A stretch of DNA of 30,442 bases from a virus (lineage: Duplodnaviria > Caudoviricetes). Shown in pieces: positions 1-8,110 of this stretch. The stretch's first letter is position 1. The number at the start of each line of letters is the position of its first letter. The position numbers and the translations under genes were made by a program. The notes below the pieces were generated by a model. That model ran no database searches. It was not told the DNA's origin and saw nothing but the letters and a program-made list of their open reading frames with translations. The DNA lies in IMG/VR virus record IMGVR_UViG_3300042315_000379, positions 1 to 30,442 of that record. One strand, given 5' to 3'.

Positions 1-263
1 GTTTCTGGTTTCTGGTTTGGGTCAACAGGAACAGCGTTACCTTACGCCGCCGTCCGTGTCAAAATTATTTTCAAGAAATTTTAATGGCAGCCTTTTTGCT
101 CAGAGTGCGCGGCTAGTCCCCTTTACCGCTACTGCCAAAACTGTTGGGTCTCTTGCCGGAACTTTCCAGCGGTGGAGATTGGTTATTCTAGTAAGCTGAC
201 TAAGATCAGCAGAACGGCGATCAAAATAAGCATTGGTGTTGGGTCCATGTCTGAAGAGTTAAG

Positions 264-334
264 AGCCCCATGAAAGAATCGAACTTTCGTCAGAAGATTA
301 CAAATCTACCGTTTTGCCATTAAACTAATGGGGC
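264..334 (-). tRNA. tRNA-Thr (anticodon TGT), CCA not encoded
   Basis: The reverse complement folds as a cloverleaf: acceptor GCCCCAT/ATGGGGC, D arm TAGTTTAATGGCAAAAC, anticodon stem GTAGA/TCTTC (one mismatch) with loop TT-TGT-AA, T arm GAAAG-TTCGATT-CTTTC. Confidence 0.88.
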
Positions 335-340
335 GAAGAA

Positions 341-496
341 TTATTTTTTCCAGACCCAACGTTTTGGTTTTTTAGATTCCAAATACGCTTCATAGTCCAG
401 TTTGTTTTTGCAACCTAACGGTCCTCTACAAACACTCCTTAAAATACCATTGTTGGCACAGGAACAGTGGTAGGTTACTTTTGGTTTTCGTTGCAT
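341..496 (-). CDS. Small basic Cys-containing hypothetical protein (51 aa, MQRKPKVTYHCSC...CRGPLGC...)
   Basis: Read manually, below the ORF track cutoff. ATG at 496 lies just past the stop of the upstream ORF, TAA is at 341, and the ORF fills the gap before the tRNA. Confidence 0.55.
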   Translation of the reverse strand: MQRKPKVTYHCSCANNGILRSVCRGPLGCKNKLDYEAYLESKKPKRWVWKK

Positions 497-498
497 AA

Positions 499-696
499 CT
501 AGATGCAGTTGTCCTCCAAAAATTCCCGTTTGAACATGGATTCAGTGATATCTGGATGCCATGCCATGTACGTCATTACGGTGCGAAACACTGTGACTAA
601 GTCTTCGAGCGGTTGGTCTCGCGGCAGCGAGAACTCCAGCTTGCTTCCTTCGTGTGGGATCTCCACAGTGATCTTCATTTGTCGGTCGCGGTTCAT
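499..696 (-). CDS. Hypothetical protein (65 aa)
   Basis: ATGA overlap with the stop of the upstream gene; co-oriented with the operon. Confidence 0.7.
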   Translation of the reverse strand: MNRDRQMKITVEIPHEGSKLEFSLPRDQPLEDLVTVFRTVMTYMAWHPDITESMFKREFLEDNCI

Positions 697-1439
697 GAGT
701 TGTACGGGTCTTGGTGTTTGAGGTCACAGTCTTCACAGATCCAGCCGTACAGCCAGTGGTAGATGTAGCGGCGTCCGCATTTGCACTCCTCTTCAAGGTC
801 GCAATCTGCGACCTCATTTTTAAGATCACAATCTGTGATGAGTTTGCGGCGGTAGGTGCCGTCGTTGACTTCCTGTTTGATCCAATGTGGGATGTAAAGC
901 GGCATCCAGTCACCGAAGCCGATATAGACTTCGTCGCCGTCTTCCAGAAACTCGCCGCTGTTCAATAGGCGGTATCCCGCTTCGGCCCAATCTGCTTTGA
1001 TGTCTTTGTCAAGATCGTGCCACATGTCCTCGATGAACTCAGCAAGAGCGTCCTCTTCGGCAAGCTGATCTAGATCATCTCCGTACGCCTCTTCGACCTC
1101 ATTGCACTGCCGCGTCGTGTTCCTGTCATCCTGTAGCTTGCCGCAGTAGCCAGCATCCATGAGGATGTTCGCGCTACAGGCAACGTGTGCCAGATGCGAG
1201 ATACCGGATTCAGGGTCCAAGTCTTCGCCGTCGCGCCATGCGTTGAGGTGTCGCAAGATTGCGTTTACGTACGTACTAGCGCACACGCCAGTCTCACGCC
1301 AGTTCCACGGACCGTACTTGTCTGCGCCCAACTTGTGGACCCATGCGGTCTGTTCCATTGCATGCGGCGGGATCAAACCCAACGGAGTTTTGGTAGCGCC
1401 AATAGCGCCTTTGGGGTCATTGTAGTGCATATTGATCAT
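693..1439 (-). CDS. DUF5664-like (dATP/dGTP diphosphohydrolase N-terminal type) protein with acidic extension and C-terminal Cys cluster
   Basis: Motif string K.PLGLIP...GADKYGPWNW...Y.NA.LRHL.AW.DGEDLDPESG.SHLAH.AC...IL is characteristic of this phage family. The C-terminus has CKC-x13-CEDC. Confidence 0.8.
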   Translation of the reverse strand: MINMHYNDPKGAIGATKTPLGLIPPHAMEQTAWVHKLGADKYGPWNWRETGVCASTYVNAILRHLNAWRDGEDLDPESGISHLAHVACSANILMDAGYCGKLQDDRNTTRQCNEVEEAYGDDLDQLAEEDALAEFIEDMWHDLDKDIKADWAEAGYRLLNSGEFLEDGDEVYIGFGDWMPLYIPHWIKQEVNDGTYRRKLITDCDLKNEVADCDLEEECKCGRRYIYHWLYGWICEDCDLKHQDPYNS

Positions 1440-1626
1440 AATGTTTTTTGAGAAAAGAAAGTTCTTGTTGTAATTTACTATTAGCTGCGTCTAAATGGTG
1501 ACAACGTCGCCTCAATGACTTTCTGGCTTTCGCGACTACAGAAAACTCTGCTCTAAGGGTTTCTAATTTTTCTGTTAATATTTCAATAATAATTGATTTA
1601 TCATTTATCGTATTTTGTGTTCTCAT
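1417..1626 (-). CDS. Hypothetical coiled-coil protein (69 aa)
   Basis: Overlaps both neighbours in an operon-like way; heptad-like composition; AT-rich. Confidence 0.55.
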   Translation of the reverse strand: MRTQNTINDKSIIIEILTEKLETLRAEFSVVAKARKSLRRRCHHLDAANSKLQQELSFLKKHYDQYALQ

Positions 1627-1825
1627 TTAATAGTTCTATTTTTTGTTTGTATTCTGCTGCCATATCAAATTTTCCTTCTTCGATTGCTCTGTCGTGTATC
1701 TTCAGCAATTCAGCATAAGTAAATTCTTTTTGCTTGCGGAAGATATCATCGTGGTTATTACGAAATGCTTCGCCGTTTACGGCTCGCGGCAGATCGCCCT
1801 TTCCTGCTCCAGTTCCAAATGACAT
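1601..1825 (-). CDS. Small conserved phage protein (GKGDxPR...F.NN.D.IF motif)
   Basis: The N-terminal GAGKGDLPRAVNGEAFRNNHDDIF resembles a short motif recalled from aquatic phages. A/C-rich leader before the ATG. Confidence 0.7.
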   Translation of the reverse strand: MSFGTGAGKGDLPRAVNGEAFRNNHDDIFRKQKEFTYAELLKIHDRAIEEGKFDMAAEYKQKIELLNENTKYDK

Positions 1826-1898
1826 TGTGTTTTGTGGTTAGTATTGGTGGTCAAAATAATCCAAGTTCAGATCGAGTAAAGAAAAAATTTCAGAAATT

Positions 1899-3194
1899 TT
1901 ACGCGCCGTGAATTGCCTGTAGGTTTTCCGTCTTTATCCGGATTGCCTTCATTACGGTTTCTTCAATCGTGCCAGCCGCGACAAGCACTTTTTGGAGTGC
2001 GTCCGACTTGGCTCCGTTGCGGTGTATCCGGCCCAACACTTGCAAGTAATCCTTGGCGTTAAAGGTTGGGCAAATAAGTGAGATACGCGGCCTCTCCCCA
2101 CGTGTGTCGTGCAGAGACAGGCCAGTCCCGCCAGCCGCGATATTGACGACGATGCAGTTGACGACGTCGTTCTGGAAGTCGTCGATCGCTTGCTGTCTTT
2201 GGGCGGCGTTCTGGTTGCCGTCGATCTTTGGGCAATTCAATAGGCCGCAGAGAGCGTTTACCGTATCTGTGAAGTTCACGAAGATTACGACGCTGTTGCC
2301 TCCGCTGATAAAGTCATCCGCCATCTCGACAATATCCGGCACTTTGAAGGACTCTGCCAGCTGGCGGGCTTTGAGTATGTTTACCAGAATGTGCTCGCTG
2401 TTTGAAACGGTTCCGTTGAGAATATACTCGTCGATGATGGCTGGCGTGATGCCCAACTGCTCGTAGGCTTTGTCGATCTTCTTGATGTCTTTGAACTCCG
2501 TCGGCTCGACGAAAACACGGTTGTCTCGGAAGCTGTCCGGAAAGTCTGATACTGTAAGTTTGTTGCAATTGACTCCGTACATCATGTTGCGTAGCAGAGC
2601 CAGCTTTGTCTTAGTCGCCAGCTTCCATCCGCCCCAATCGTCTTGGTAGCATCCGTACTGCATCATCCACCCGTACCAGCTACGTAGTTTGTTATCCGGC
2701 TTGTTAAGAGAGTGGAGCCCCAATAGGTATCCCAACGCCCGCATCTCCGTAGGGTCTTCGGCAGCGGTGGCGGACATGCCGTGTACGGAGTAGCTCTGCT
2801 GTACCAACGAAACCACAAGTTGGGCGTTCAAAGTATACGGCCCTTTGCATTTGTGGATCTCGTCCACAAGCACCAATGTGTCGGTTGGCAGGGACCAGCG
2901 CATGATCTTCTTACCGACTTTGGAAAGCCATTTGGTCTTGCCGCCACGGATCTTCTCAAAGTTCGTAACGAACAGCGGAGTTATTCCGTGTTCCTTTAGC
3001 TCCCGCTCCCATGACGGGACAACCGCTTTCGGGCAAAGTACAGCGACAGGCTTTCCGAAATCTCTGGCCAGATGGACCGCCACAACTGTTTTGCCAGTGC
3101 CGACGCTTGAGCTGTCAAGCGTGTTGACTTTATTTTTGTGACAGCAGAGAAAAAATTCTTTGGCGTCATCTTGCTTCGGGAATAGTGTTTTCAT
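1899..3194 (-). CDS. Superfamily 2 (SNF2-like/DExH) helicase
   Basis: Motif I VGTGKT, Ia VLCPK, II VDEIH, III SAT, V AGGTGLSL, VI QVLGRIHR. Confidence 0.92.
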   Translation of the reverse strand: MKTLFPKQDDAKEFFLCCHKNKVNTLDSSSVGTGKTVVAVHLARDFGKPVAVLCPKAVVPSWERELKEHGITPLFVTNFEKIRGGKTKWLSKVGKKIMRWSLPTDTLVLVDEIHKCKGPYTLNAQLVVSLVQQSYSVHGMSATAAEDPTEMRALGYLLGLHSLNKPDNKLRSWYGWMMQYGCYQDDWGGWKLATKTKLALLRNMMYGVNCNKLTVSDFPDSFRDNRVFVEPTEFKDIKKIDKAYEQLGITPAIIDEYILNGTVSNSEHILVNILKARQLAESFKVPDIVEMADDFISGGNSVVIFVNFTDTVNALCGLLNCPKIDGNQNAAQRQQAIDDFQNDVVNCIVVNIAAGGTGLSLHDTRGERPRISLICPTFNAKDYLQVLGRIHRNGAKSDALQKVLVAAGTIEETVMKAIRIKTENLQAIHGA

Positions 3195-3246
3195 TCGAGA
3201 AGGCTCTTACTCAAAGGTTCGAGCGAAGTCGAGAAAAAAAAAAAAT

Positions 3247-3525
3247 TTAATCCTCAAAAATTTCATCTTCAGGGTCGGCCCACGACATGAAGGCCGGAGT
3301 GTTTTCGCCTACCCACGCGCCTTCCACGTTGTAGTAAAAGTATTCGAGAGCGTCCTCTTCCGTCATCTCTCTGGCGAGGATCTCGATACACTTCTCAAAA
3401 CTGTATACGGCAAAGGGCTTACCGAACTGGCGGGCGATGCCCATGAACGCTTCTTCAAAGCCATCTGCAAGGATGACTTCTTCTTCGTCGTCAAGGCACT
3501 GTTCAAGTGTTTTTGGGATATCCAT
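3247..3525 (-). CDS. Conserved acidic phage hypothetical protein (92 aa)
   Basis: ADGFEEAFMG...AVY...C..IL...M..EDA.EYF.YN..GAWVGE.TP pattern recalled from aquatic phages. Start moved to ATG 3525 (MDIPK) to limit overlap with the resolvase. Confidence 0.78.
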   Translation of the reverse strand: MDIPKTLEQCLDDEEEVILADGFEEAFMGIARQFGKPFAVYSFEKCIEILAREMTEEDALEYFYYNVEGAWVGENTPAFMSWADPEDEIFED

Positions 3526-4000
3526 AACGTTGTCTAGTATACTGTGCAATGAGGAAAGCGTCAACGATGCCGTCATGCGGCACGGTGCAGCGGTTGTTCT
3601 TGCGCCAGTCCTCATCCGGAGCAAGTTCGTTTGCTTTCTTCAAAGCAAAGACTTTTGTATGTGATTTAGGCACTTTGCCTAACAAAGACTTCTGCCAGTC
3701 CAGAACTTGAATCGGCTGGACTTTGAGCTTGTGGGACTCACACATTCCGAGGATCTTGCCGTACGAGATCCCCATCGACCGCATCGCTTGGGAGGACTTC
3801 GCATGCTTCAGCGGCTCCTCAATCCCGATTAAGGATTCGGTGTTCAGGTCAGTGATCCAGTCGTAAATGATTTCGGTATCAACTTCCCGCTTGCCAGCCC
3901 GTTCAAACGTCGGCATCGCCCACTTGTCGATGATGGATCCGTTGTGCGCTGATATGGCACAAAGTCCGCCGTCGAGTCCGTTGTCGATGCCGATGATCAT
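3503..4000 (-). CDS. RuvC-like Holliday junction resolvase
   Basis: N-terminal IIGIDNG.DGG, central IGIEE, S.G.SYG, C-terminal DG.VDAFLIA give the RNase H-fold acidic tetrad. Confidence 0.88.
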   Translation of the reverse strand: MIIGIDNGLDGGLCAISAHNGSIIDKWAMPTFERAGKREVDTEIIYDWITDLNTESLIGIEEPLKHAKSSQAMRSMGISYGKILGMCESHKLKVQPIQVLDWQKSLLGKVPKSHTKVFALKKANELAPDEDWRKNNRCTVPHDGIVDAFLIAQYTRQRYGYPKNT

Positions 4001-4275
4001 TTACGATTGTAGGACAAGCCGTCGATAATTTCAGTCCGGACAATGACTCCGTTGCCTTTTGCGGGGGCCCATTTGTCGACGTACTTTTCCAACGATGCCA
4101 GAAAGAATACCTCTCTCGCATTGGTCGGGATAACACGGTAATACGTTCCGCGCAGTTCCATAGGATCGAACGCGTAGTCGTCCACAGTAACCATCTTTCG
4201 TTTTTTGATTACCTCTGGATTTTTGCTTTCGATCCGCATGTGGAATTTAATTGGGCTGTTGTGTAGTTCAATCAT
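3997..4275 (-). CDS. Hypothetical protein (start 4275 or 4302)
   Basis: Fills the gap between the HTH gene and the resolvase, overlapping both by a few bases. Confidence 0.65.
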   Translation of the reverse strand: MIELHNSPIKFHMRIESKNPEVIKKRKMVTVDDYAFDPMELRGTYYRVIPTNAREVFFLASLEKYVDKWAPAKGNGVIVRTEIIDGLSYNRK

Positions 4276-4945
4276 CGTTTTGTTCTTCGTTTGGGATGTC
4301 AATTACTGTTGTTGCTTTTTTCTTTATCCTGACAGCTCCGTCGCCGCGATCGGCTTCGGTGTTGTTGAGGATGGAAATATCGATGTGCATCTTGCTCTGG
4401 CTCCCGTTCTTGGAATTGAGTCCCAAGTTGCGGCGGATCAGCTGGTCGAGTTCTGATAGCTCTCTCACGGTCCTTGGCCCACGGAGATTCTTCATGCTGT
4501 CGCGCATCAGCTTCACGCCAGCGGCGGCGATGTAGTGCTGGTACTTATCGGCTGGAGACGACTGTGCCTCCGCGATCTCAAGGATATTCTTTTCTTCTTC
4601 CAGCACGGCGTCGTGCATTGCTAACCTGACGGCTTCGCCAGTCTTGTGCTTGAGGTCTTCCTCCAATGTGTCGGCCAACGGATCTACTGGCTCCGCGTCC
4701 GGATCGGCGATAGACGAAAAGCCATCTGGCCTCTTCCGGATTCCTGCTTCCCGAATCCATTTATGGACGGTAGCTGTGCTGACCTTTAGGTCTCTAGCGA
4801 TCGAGGTGACCATGTAGTCCTGCTGGTACAGCTCCAGCCCACGCGCTTTGAGACGTGCGGACTTATCTGCGATCTCGGCTCTGGACTGCTTGGGCTTGCT
4901 TTTTATGCCCTTTTTCTTTAGTTGATTTTTTGTGTTGCTGCTCAA
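4268..4945 (-). CDS. HTH DNA-binding protein, possible terminase small subunit
   Basis: HTH-like segment GLELYQQDYMVTSIARDLKVSTATVHKWI, then helical segments ending ELDQLIRRNLGL; adjacent to terL. The start is uncertain (TTG 4945 chosen) because the track's 5107 start overlaps terL. Confidence 0.7.
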   Translation of the reverse strand: MSSNTKNQLKKKGIKSKPKQSRAEIADKSARLKARGLELYQQDYMVTSIARDLKVSTATVHKWIREAGIRKRPDGFSSIADPDAEPVDPLADTLEEDLKHKTGEAVRLAMHDAVLEEEKNILEIAEAQSSPADKYQHYIAAAGVKLMRDSMKNLRGPRTVRELSELDQLIRRNLGLNSKNGSQSKMHIDISILNNTEADRGDGAVRIKKKATTVIDIPNEEQNDD

Positions 4946-5000
4946 GATGAACACAGTTAAGATCAGCCAACCAAAAAATTCAAGAAATTTTTTCTGAAAA

Positions 5001-6791
5001 ATGACAAATAAATCTAATCTGGCGCGAAACGTTTTGGAGCCGCGCATCGATCCTGTATCCAAAAAGATGGACGTCGGCGGCTTGTTCATCAAGCCAACGA
5101 ACCTCATAACGGCCTTACTCTACGGCTTCGCCCAACACGACAGGCCGATGGCAAAGGAGTATTATTTCTGGCGGATCTGCGACGAGCTATGGAACAACGA
5201 CGACCTTCCGGAGAAACTGATGGTCCGCCATCCGTGGGCAGATCGGATGATCAAGAACGCGATCCGCAATAAGTATCTCGCCGTCGGCGGGTCGGCGTCT
5301 TCCGGAAAGTCCCACACGATGGCGGCTTGGGGTCTTGTGAACTTCCTCTCACAGCCGCAGAATACTTTGATCCTTGTAACCAGTACCACGCTTCGGGAAG
5401 CACGGAAACGGATCTGGGGTTCCATCATCTCGCTCCTTACGGTGGTCGAGGATGCACCGATCAAGATTCGGGATTCAATCGGAAACATCGCCTACATCAA
5501 CGAGAAGGGGGACCTTATCGAAAAAGCTGGCCTCTCGCTTATCGCGGCGGAAAAGAGCAAGACACGGGAAGCGGTCGGCAAGTTTATCGGTATCAAGCAG
5601 AAGCGGGTCATCGTCATCGCGGACGAGCTTTCGGAACTGTCGGAGGCGATCCTCAACGCTGGCCTGACTAACTTGTCCAAGAACCCTGATTTCCAGATGA
5701 TCGGGATGAGCAACCCCAACAGCCGATTCGACGCGTTCGGCGTCTGGTCACAGCCGAAAAGCGGGTGGGACTCGATCGACGCACAGATCGACGACGAGTG
5801 GGAGACGAAGTGGGGTGGGAAGTACATCCGTCTTGACGGCGAACGGAGCCCCAACATTCTGGCTGGAGAGACCATCTATCCTTGGCTGCCAACTGAGGCT
5901 AAACTGGCAGAGGACAGGGCTTTGCTTGGACCGGAATCCAGAGGCTACATGCGGATGGTTCGCGCCGTGTTCTTCGACTCCGAAGAGACGGAAGGGATCT
6001 ACTCTGAGGCGGAGCTGGCCAGAAGCGGTTCCCTCGGAAAGGTACAGTGGGTCGGGAAGCCGATCGCGGTTGCAGGGCTCGATCCGGCCTTTACCAATGG
6101 CGGCGACAGAACGATCCTCTATACCGGAAAGGTTGGCTACGACACGAAGGGCCAATACGTCTGCGAATTGGGGGAGGCGATCCACCTAAACGACGACGCC
6201 ACAAACAAAGCCATTCCGCGTACATACCAGATTGTCAAACAGGTTAAGGACCACTGCGAGAAACGCGGCATCTTGCCAGAGAATCTGGCGGTTGACTCGA
6301 CTGGCGCTGGAGCGCCTTTCTGTGACGTGCTTGCCGGAGAGTGGTCTTCCGGATTCCTCCGTGTTGGATTCGGCGGGAAGGCTTCCGACAAACGGGTAAG
6401 CGCCAACAGCAGTCTGGTCGGGGAGGAACTCTACGTGAACCGTGTATCCGAACTCTGGTTTGTCGGGAAGGAACTGGTCCGCACCAAACAGCTGTTCGGG
6501 ATCAACGGAGATCTGGCCCAAGAGATCTGTGCCCGTAACTACGAGCTGGTCAAGGGCGGCACGCTCCGTGTGAAGATCGAATCAAAGGCAGACTTCAAGT
6601 CTCGCTTCGGTCGTTCGCCTGACTTAGCAGACGCGGCGTTCCTCTGTCTCGACATGGCCCGCCAGAGGCACGGAGTGGTAGCTGTAGAGCCGTTGCCGGA
6701 AAGCTCGGCTAACGGGTTCCAGAAGAGGGGCACGACGTTCCAGTCTTTGCGGAACGCTCTCTCGTCAGAAATGTCGATGGCTCTGGATTAA
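5001..6791 (+). CDS. terL: Terminase large subunit
   Basis: Walker A GGSASSGKS, Walker B VIVIADE, motif III GMSNP, nuclease domain AGLDPA..GGD, VDSTG.G and C-terminal SPDLADA. Confidence 0.93.
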   Translation: MTNKSNLARNVLEPRIDPVSKKMDVGGLFIKPTNLITALLYGFAQHDRPMAKEYYFWRICDELWNNDDLPEKLMVRHPWADRMIKNAIRNKYLAVGGSASSGKSHTMAAWGLVNFLSQPQNTLILVTSTTLREARKRIWGSIISLLTVVEDAPIKIRDSIGNIAYINEKGDLIEKAGLSLIAAEKSKTREAVGKFIGIKQKRVIVIADELSELSEAILNAGLTNLSKNPDFQMIGMSNPNSRFDAFGVWSQPKSGWDSIDAQIDDEWETKWGGKYIRLDGERSPNILAGETIYPWLPTEAKLAEDRALLGPESRGYMRMVRAVFFDSEETEGIYSEAELARSGSLGKVQWVGKPIAVAGLDPAFTNGGDRTILYTGKVGYDTKGQYVCELGEAIHLNDDATNKAIPRTYQIVKQVKDHCEKRGILPENLAVDSTGAGAPFCDVLAGEWSSGFLRVGFGGKASDKRVSANSSLVGEELYVNRVSELWFVGKELVRTKQLFGINGDLAQEICARNYELVKGGTLRVKIESKADFKSRFGRSPDLADAAFLCLDMARQRHGVVAVEPLPESSANGFQKRGTTFQSLRNALSSEMSMALD

Positions 6792-6864
6792 GGGTTCAGG
6801 GTTCCCGATCGGGATCTTATGTGCCGCTCATGTGCAGTTGCGGCGTAAATGTGCCAGATCGGTA

Positions 6865-7030
6865 ATGTATTTACATTGTAGTTTGATTGCCTGTTTAGAC
6901 CCCCTACTTGAAAACTTTCTATAGAATAGGATAAACCGTTTGCTCTATAGCTCAAACTGTTTAATAGAGTTTAGAAAAAGTTTTTATATAGGGTTCTTGT
7001 AAGGGCAATCAAACTACAATGTAAATACAT
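6865..7030. repeat. Perfect 27-bp inverted repeat enclosing a 112-bp AT-rich spacer
   Basis: ATGTATTTACATTGTAGTTTGATTGCC (6865-6891) and its exact reverse complement (7004-7030). Confidence 0.95.
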
Positions 7031-7041
7031 CAATAAAAATA

Positions 7042-7070
7042 TTGACATCCAAAGCCAAAGAATGTACATT
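7042..7070 (+). promoter_or_regulatory. Sigma70-type promoter, probably near-leaderless
   Basis: TTGACA-17 bp-TACATT, with the ATG 8 nt after the -10 element. Confidence 0.75.
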
Positions 7071-7078
7071 GTAATCAC

Positions 7079-7372
7079 ATGGCTGCTCCACGATTTAAGA
7101 GACTATCTTCCGGTCAGATCCAATATATGGGAGAGAAGTACGCTGGCTTTAATAAGCCGAAGAAGGCACCAGCTGGCTCTCCAAAGAAGTTTGTAGTTTT
7201 GGGTAAGGAAGGTGACAAAGTCAAAAAGGTTTCTTTTGGCGCGAGAGGCTATGAGGATTTTACTCAACACAAAGACCCCAAACGGCGGGCCAACTTCCGG
7301 TCTAGGCACAGCTGCCAGACAGCGAACGACAAGACTACCGCCCGTCATTGGGCCTGTAAATATCTCTGGTAA
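7079..7372 (+). CDS. Small basic viral protein, DUF5754-like
   Basis: KKF.V...VSFGA.GY.DFTQHKD.KRR.NFR.RH.C...K.TA.HWAC..LW pattern recalled from a family in phages and large DNA viruses. Confidence 0.75.
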   Translation: MAAPRFKRLSSGQIQYMGEKYAGFNKPKKAPAGSPKKFVVLGKEGDKVKKVSFGARGYEDFTQHKDPKRRANFRSRHSCQTANDKTTARHWACKYLW

Positions 7373-7378
7373 TTTGTG

Positions 7379-7407
7379 TTGACTTTGTAAATTCAGTATA
7401 TTAGTTT
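7379..7407 (+). promoter_or_regulatory. Sigma70-type promoter, probably leaderless
   Basis: TTGACT-17 bp-TAGTTT, with ATG at 7413. Confidence 0.55.
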
Positions 7408-7412
7408 TGCTT

Positions 7413-8075
7413 ATGTCCTTAGCCAACACATACGCGACCCCCGTTTCCGACGAAGAAATCCAGAGAAAAAGACGCGAACTTGCTTCTCGATTGTTTAAAG
7501 CGCGACAGGCTGGTATGGAGCCAAATCAAGCCCTGAATCAGGTAACAGGATTTGACGTTGATTTTGATACTGGAGAAGAAATCGATACCGAATTTGGTAC
7601 CGGATTGACCTCAAAAGAGATTGCTGGTTTCACACAACGTCTCTTTCAAGGAGACTACGATAAAGGTTCTCAATTTGATGAAGAAGAGGCGCAAGCAGTT
7701 GCGCGTTCAAAAGCCCGTGGAGCCTTCGGTGGTAGTGGTTGGCGTGGTCGATCTTCGTTTGGTTCTGTGTCAACCCCCAACTTGGATTTGTACGACCAAT
7801 TCCAAAACGAACCATTTGGTTCGAGCCCGATGGGTAGTGAACGGAGGCTTATCGGATCTACAGAGGGGCAAATGAAAAGACTTTACCGCAAGGCCGAAAG
7901 AGCTGGCCTCAATCCCGCCAACTATACTCCACAACAACTAGAGGGGATGGGCATCTCCTCTGGTGGGATACGGACTCAAGAAGAGGTCCGTTTAGGATCT
8001 GAAGAAAAAGAAAGAGACAAGCGCGCTCGACTTAAAGAGGCTTTACGATCCGAACAAGAACAGAGTAGGCGGTAA
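7413..8075 (+). CDS. Hypothetical protein, probable internal virion/ejection protein
   Basis: 220-aa ORF, Gly/Gln-rich with a charged helical C-terminus; first of three genes leading to the giant ORF. The function is inferred from position. Confidence 0.65.
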   Translation: MSLANTYATPVSDEEIQRKRRELASRLFKARQAGMEPNQALNQVTGFDVDFDTGEEIDTEFGTGLTSKEIAGFTQRLFQGDYDKGSQFDEEEAQAVARSKARGAFGGSGWRGRSSFGSVSTPNLDLYDQFQNEPFGSSPMGSERRLIGSTEGQMKRLYRKAERAGLNPANYTPQQLEGMGISSGGIRTQEEVRLGSEEKERDKRARLKEALRSEQEQSRR

Positions 8076-8110
8076 ATAAAATCGGTAGCACGATCAAATA
8101 AAATTTAAAT

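Noticed and set aside
264-334. Reading the tRNA as Tyr (GTA) or as a prophage att site
   Set aside because: The 7-nt loop register centres TGT; no duplicated 3' end or integrase was seen, and phage-like genes lie next to it.
4946-5107. N-terminal extension of the HTH ORF (track start 5107)
   Set aside because: It overlaps terL on the opposite strand and runs through an AT-rich regulatory-looking spacer.
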